Assembly (NCBI GenBank): GCA_054600435.1
Contig: BAAIJX010000010.1
Span: 248,001-312,000, forward strand
DNA from: Neophaeotheca triangularis
Lineage: Eukaryota
Reading direction: 5' to 3'
DNA length: 64,000 nucleotides
Shown: piece after piece, positions 57,860 to 64,000 of the stretch
How the letters are laid out: every line of letters starts with the position of its first letter
Numbering within the stretch: position 1 is the first letter of the stretch
Notes under the pieces: model-generated
The model's input: only the letters and a program-made list of their open reading frames with translations
The model's database searches: none
Told to the model about the DNA's origin: nothing
Made by a program: the position numbers and the translations under genes

Positions 57860-58817
57860 CTACTCAGGTTGACCGCCCTCACCAGCTGGCCGGCTAGCAA
57901 GTACGCTCTCCGGTCCCTGGGCAGCCGGTGCGCCAGCACCACCAGCAGCACCGCCCCTACCAGCTCTCCTCTGGTTCGCCTCAGCATCCTTCTCTGTGTT
58001 GATCTTGTCCACAATCTTCTCAATGTCCTCGCTTGCGAGCATCTCCACTCCCTTGCCCGGAGCCATGATGGCGATTTCGATGTTCTTGGCGCCGGTTTGA
58101 ACGACCTCGAGTAGGGATTTGATGGCCAGCTCGATTGTAGCGGAACGGTCCATGTCGTCTTTGTGGTTGCGTTCGAGGAACTCACGGACGGTCTTAGAAG
58201 AGCGGCCGATGGCGTTTGCCTTCCTGTAGCGGATGTTAGCTCGCAGTTCTTCGTACGATCTTCTCTTCCTGTCACTCTTACCATGCGCTGTAGATACCAC
58301 TGGGCTCCGTCTGATACAGCCTAGGCTGCTTGCTTCCCGGGTCAAAGCCAACCACCAAAGTACTGATACCAAACGGCCTCACACCACCACTTTGTGTGTA
58401 CCTCTGCTGCACACCAGCAGTGTACTTGGTAATGTACTCGATCGTACAAGGATCCTCAACAGTGAGACGATGCGATTGTGCTTCGAGACGAGCCTTGTCC
58501 ACCAGGATGCGGGCGTCTGCGTTGAGACCGGCGAATGCGAGGCAGACGTGCGTGTCGACTAACGAGAGCTTTGAGGGTGTGATGCGGGTGTCTTGGAGCT
58601 TCATCGCGGACTTCTTCTCGCAGCCTAGCACTACTATGTCACTGCCTTTGACTCCTACGGCGCATGTGCCACGCTTGACTGCTTCGAGGGCATATTCGAC
58701 TTGAAAGACGTGTCCGTCGGGAGAGAAGACTGAGACCGCAGTGTTAGTGTCGACTTCTCGAGCTCCTCACTCGCAGCTGATGTGCATACCTGAAAGGGCG
58801 CGATCGTAGCCGGACAT
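57860..58817 (-). CDS. PRE6: 20S proteasome subunit alpha 4 (PSMA7); two introns
   Basis: [67 protein letters not shown]. Confidence 0.95.
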
Positions 58818-59918
58818 GTTGAATCTATCTCGGAGCCGGGTGGCTCACTCCTGCTGCTTCGGGTATCTGCTGAATTGTTGCTATGGTACGGATTGTGCGG
58901 CGAGGGAGGGTTCAGATGTACGGTGGTTCGATCCGTGACAGGTAGAGAGCTTCGCGGGCGGATGGTTGTTGAATGGTTGTCAGTTCGATGTTTCGAGATG
59001 AGGTGAAGCTCCTCCCAGGCTGCGAGTTGACGCGCGAGGCAAACGAGCTCCTGGCTTCCGGGAAGGTTTGCCGAGGGAGCTCTGCTACCCAAACCCATAC
59101 CCTAGGACACCTGGTGTCGTTGATGAAACGGGGTTAGGAGGTCTAGGTATATTTGCTCTGTTAATGAGGTATACTTATTGGTGAATGCGACGCCTGTGAT
59201 GGCCTTTAAGATCGTTAACACATCTCTTACCACTATCACACATTTATGTCATGTGCTTTCTGGAGGTTGAAATGAGCTTTGAAGCGGTTGCGGTACCCGA
59301 TAAACAAACACTCGCACATCAACTGTAGCAATGATGGGTTCAGACAACGACCAGGCCATCGAGCACGAGGGACAGCGTGAATACAAAGAAGCTTATGGAG
59401 CTCACCACAGAGCCACGCACATCACAAGCTAAACAATACGTCTCCGCGTCTGCACTCTCTCATATCAACGACCCTCACGAGGCACAACACGTCTCGAAGA
59501 GAAAGAAACAAAGAAGAGAGTACCTAATACAGCCTAACATACCCCCACCGTCCCCAGGGTATCATCCCCGAAAAAGAGTACAGCCCCTTCCTCTCAACGA
59601 ATGCACCCGCGCAGCCACCGGCCAGAAGAAAAAGAACGCAACTCAACAGCCCACATTTGACCTTGTTTGTTGTCGGAATGATTGTTGTTGTCAAGAATGA
59701 AACTCCCCCATTATAGCCGACCCACCAGCCGACGCCTTCGCTAAACCTCAACCCTTTGTGGCCATACGTTGTGGTATGGCCCCCAGCCAGCGCCGTCGCT
59801 AAGGTTATGTCGAGCTTCTTTCCCCATTGCCTCTGCTATCACCACTGCATTCCCATATGTTCTAGAATTTTCAATGCCCGTCTTGTTATGTAGACAGATT
59901 GTCGATCAGCTACTCTCC

Positions 59919-62409
59919 TTACTGGGGGGACTTGGCACCACCCTGACCGTTGCGACGGTCGCCGTCATTGCCGAGACCAAGGTTGCCCATGCCAGTGTTG
60001 AGGAAGGACAAGTTGAGGTCAGCGCCGCCGTCGTTGCCGCTGTATCCAGCGTTGCCGTAGCCGGAGTTGCCATAAGAAGCGCCGTTGGGGTAACCAGGAG
60101 CGCCGCTTGCGGCCGACTGGTTGCCCTGGTTGAAGGCCTGTTCGGCACGGCTGTCGAACCCACCAGCGTTGGCCTGCATACCGCTAGAGTAGCCGCCAGC
60201 CATGTAAGGGCTAGGAGCGCCCAGACCGGAAGGAAGAGCGTAGGTCGATGGGGGACCGCCGTAGTTCTGACCGTCGTAGCCGCCCGGGGGACCGCCCATG
60301 CCGCTGTTGCCACCATAACCACTCTGAGAGCTTGGGCCCATCCCACCGTAGCTGCTACCACCCATGGAACCACCACCGTAACCACCAGCGCCACCGCCAG
60401 GTGGACCATAGTTGTTGCCGGGAAACTGCTGCATGCCACCTTCCGCAACAACAGCGGCGTTGCTCCTGGAAGCACCGCACCTCAAGCATGATACGTTCTT
60501 GGCGAAGTTGTGGTAGGCGCAGCCTTCGTTGCCGCACTTCCAATCTCCAGCCCTGAATGGAACAATGCCACCGCGGCTGCTAGAAGAACCTCCCATTCCA
60601 CCCATGCCACCACCGTATCCGCCACCATGCATGTGAGGTGGTCCACCCATCATACCAGGGTGGTTGCCGTAACCGCCACCGTAAGGACCATGCTGCATAC
60701 CGTATCCACCGCTGCTGTAGGGGTCAGCTGGGCCGGCACCCATGGCCGGGAAGGAGCAACGGAAGCATGCTGTGCGACGCTGAAAGTTGCTGAAACCGCA
60801 GCTTGGGCAGGTCCAGTCACCAGGACGAGGCCTGTTCTTGGACGGGGGGAACGGAGTGAGGAGCGGTGGACCACCTGGTGGGTGGGAGCCTGCGGCGCGG
60901 TCAAGCACTCTGGAGGAGGAAGGCGAAACCTCGATCGCGCGGTCGTTGAGTGCGCGTCCGTTCATGCTAAGAGACTCAGCAGCCTGGAAGAGATTGTTAG
61001 CTCGGCCTCAGTCTGTGTAGAACTGTACTCGAGTAGTGACGAGCTGTGGCGTATTCTTTGTTTTTACAGAGGCGCCGCAAATCAAATTTGAAGGAAACAG
61101 ACCGCACTTTGACCCCCTGTCAAGATCAGGAAGACATGACGTCAAGTGTCGGACGATCGGTTGCATTGCCGACACCAAGCAAAAAGTACCTCAAAGCAGG
61201 AGTAATTAAAAGTAGAAAAAAAGCGTTGACGAGAGAAAGCAAGGGAAATCGCGAAAACTGACCTCTTCATGACCGCCAAAAACAACAAAGCCGCTGCCGC
61301 TCGGCTTTCCGCCCTCGGGCGTGCGGAGTGTCCAGAAAGCAATCGGGCGACCTCCATACTGAGTGAACCAAGATTCCAATTCACTTTGGGTCGTGTCGTG
61401 AGGAAGACCGCTCAAGTGGAGGACCTTGGAACGCTCGGCAAGGAATGCCCTAACGTCGCTACGAGCATCGAGAGGCCGAGTCATGACATCCATGTCACCC
61501 TGGGGGTTCGTCTGAGAAGGACGCGACTTCTGGACAAGCGAGCGAAGGCATCGAGTCAGAGTCAGAGCCTCCTCGAGAGCGCGGCGCGGCGAGGATGGCG
61601 CGAGTGCCTGCAAGTGGAAGGGCAGACCTCCAGTGACTTTGCCGGAGGAGCGGACCTCCTCGACCTCAAGACCGGCGCAGATGGACGATAGGCTAGATGA
61701 GCTGAAAGCCAGGGTCTCGGGGTGGTGAGACTGGAAGGTCTGGTACTCGCCGCGAAGGCCGAACAGCACTGGGTGCTGAAGGTATGGGGGGAGCACAACG
61801 TTCTTGTCGCGAGCCTCACGGGGCAGCTGCACACGAAGATCCCATGGCGTCAAGGTGACGAAAGCGAACGTTGGAGGCGCGCCAGGTCCCGCATCCTTGG
61901 GCACAAGGTGCTCACTAGCATAGGCATCGAAAGCCGCAATGGCATCGCGGAAGCTGCCAGCTTGACGGACGTGCTCCCAAGTGAGAGTGGTCAGGGAAGT
62001 GCACAGGGGCGTGATCGGCGTGTTGACGGGCTTGACGAGGACGGACTGGTGGTGGAGCTGCGGAGAGATTAATGAGCCATCACTATAATACGTTTACCGC
62101 AGAAATACATACCTCCGGAAGGGCAGGGTCCCTCGCATCCACAACAGTCCAGCCGAGCTCGATAACCTCTGCGCTGTCCTTGGTTACGTAGACGCCGTGC
62201 TCATCGCAGGTAGTAGCGATGTGAATGATGCAGTACTTGTCGAACTGCGGCGGCTGGGAAGCCGCCGTGGGAGGGTATTGGCCTTGAGCAGACTGGCTTT
62301 GGCGAGATTCAGTACCGTAGGGCGCTGGTGCACCGCTTTGTGGGCCCGCGGAGCCTGGGGTTGGGTATGGGTTGCCCTGGTAAGGCTGGGCTTGGGTGGG
62401 AGTTGCCAT
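59919..62409 (-). CDS. NRP1: RNA-binding protein (exonuclease-like N-terminal domain, RRM, two RanBP2 zinc fingers, Gly/Tyr-rich tail); introns 62058-62112 and 60984-61262
   Basis: ATTCDEHGVYVTKDSAEVIE, LSGLPHDTTQSELESWF, RPGDWTCPSCGFSNFQRRTACFRC, RAGDWKCGNEGCAYHNFAKNVSCLRC. Confidence 0.88.
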
Positions 62410-64000
62410 GGTTTCTTTGGTATCCTTATTTCCCTAACGCCAAACGCCCAAGGTGATGTGTGAAGTACGTGATCGTATGGATGAAGTAGGGTAAGAAAGC
62501 GGTCGTTGGCGAAGGTGCTGCTGGAGCCTGAAGATTGTTATTGAGGTGTGCGGAAGAGGTGAGGTCGGAAGTAAGCGTACCTGCTTAAATGGCGAGATTC
62601 CAGGTGGATGCTCCTACCGATGACGTCTCTTTCTTCACGTGGAAGCGTACCTAATATACCACGTGCACACTAGGTATTGGTATGGGTACAGGCAAGCGGA
62701 CAGCGTTGTGAGAGATGAGGAAGATAGTTAAAGTCGTGGAAAAGGGGGTTGATGTTGAAGTAGGAAGTCGACGAAGCTCGACACGACGTCGAGCACAAAT
62801 TTGCCGGAGGTACTAGGTAAGCCTGTAAACGTGAAACTCGGCTACGGATAACAGCTAATAACTAGCGCTCGGGTGACCAATGCCTGAAGCAACCCGACGT
62901 CATTGCATAAACAATATAAAATATCACGTACGCCCGGGCGGTTACGAGCAAAGCACATTGACTTGACAAGCAGATGGATCATACCTAGCACATCCGCAGG
63001 GAATCGTCTCTGCCAAAATTCTGCAAGTCGGTCTTTGCATTAAAAGCGGCCAGCCAAGGCAGCACAATGAGACCTTCAAAGCGACCAAAGGTCCACAAGG
63101 CACGTCGATCAACCTTTCCTTGTTTACAATTTAGATGCGCTCGCGGCGTGACACAAGACTACCTGATGAGTACCACGCGCAACCTATCCACAGGCTCATG
63201 AGCCATGGCAGAATGGCACCTTGCACGTGTCACTGTTGCACAATGCAGCTGCAACTCGCTCGATCAAGCCCTGAAGCCGTTCCCAGTACCTTGGACACCT
63301 GTCGAGAAGGCAACCATACAGGGCGATACCGTTTTAAATAGAACGGGTGCCTGTTCTCGTGCAAGCGAAGAGTGAACAAAACTGGCCCGGCGCTGGAGGC
63401 ACGCACCCGAGCAGCGGTCCAGGTACTGGGGGATTGAGCTAGTCGGACAAGGACAACTCGTGACTCGAGAAGGAGTGAGAAGGCAACGAGCACTGGTACG
63501 GTACCATGTTGTGTAAAGTCGTTAAAGGTGAGGTCGTGGGACTCAACTCTGAGTATGTCCCAATGTCTGAAGAAGTAACTGGTGAATCGATAGAATTCGT
63601 CGGTCTTATAGTATATCATTGCTGTGAAACTCGCCGAGCAGCTTTGATCGGCTTTGACGAAGCATGATTCTAGCTCTGAATCGGGAGGGACATCACAGGG
63701 CTGCTGATAATGTTATGAGACTGAGGCAACTAAGGCATCGAGTTCGACATAGTGATATATCTGTAGGCTTTAGTAGCTCCTGGCGAAGGAGACCACTTGT
63801 GTTGAAGGCAAAGACCTATTGATTCAGGCAGCTCGCAGATCATGAGGTACGAGTATCCACGCCTGTCGGACTGGTGAAGCTGTCCATCATTGCCGGGAGG
63901 TGCTACTGCGCTTTTGATATCTCACCCACGGGGGAAAAATATGCATTTCAAGATGTGATATGAATCGTGAAAATTCTTGATTCTGTACAAGTCTTGGGAA

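Noticed and set aside
57268..58284. 338-aa minus-strand ORF overlapping the PRE6 3' end
   Set aside because: Alternative frame starting in an intron and running through the 3' UTR; no protein-like motifs.
59769..61091. Long ORFs antisense or alternative-frame to NRP1
   Set aside because: Expected shadows of Gly-rich, codon-biased coding sequence.
1..64000. Transposons, CRISPR arrays, secondary-metabolite cluster
   Set aside because: No transposase/RT motifs, terminal repeats, repeat-spacer arrays or PKS/NRPS genes seen.

Overview
Gene-dense region of a filamentous ascomycete (Pezizomycotina; Dothideomycete-like is my impression only), with short GT-AG introns and CTRAC/CTAAT branch points. 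It holds about 20 recognisable housekeeping or chromatin genes: APE1 (3' part), UBP15/USP7, a mitochondrial PDK/BCKDK-type kinase, a PMP3-family proteolipid, SPO11, CAC1, CTK1, FOL2, SPC3, RTT109, MRPL15, MRX11-like, a CHY zinc finger, a WD40 inositol 5-phosphatase, a GFA/CENP-V protein, a chromo/HDA2-3-like protein, HsbA-like, PRE6 and NRP1. Orphan and decaying genes lie between them. I saw no transposon, CRISPR array or rRNA. The most unusual items are: (1) a ~170-nt highly structured RNA polymerase III-type element with tRNA A/B boxes that does not fold as a canonical tRNA (21991-22164); (2) just downstream, an overlapping or bicistronic two-frame locus preceded by a stop/start-overlapping minimal uORF (22653-25385); (3) a Met-less Msn2/Seb1-type C2H2 zinc-finger exon that can be joined to the chromodomain/HDA2-3-like protein only by splicing out a 48-nt stop-containing intron (52398-52963); (4) two otherwise intact genes each broken by one in-frame TAR stop. 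All calls come from reading the sequence by eye; no database searches were run.
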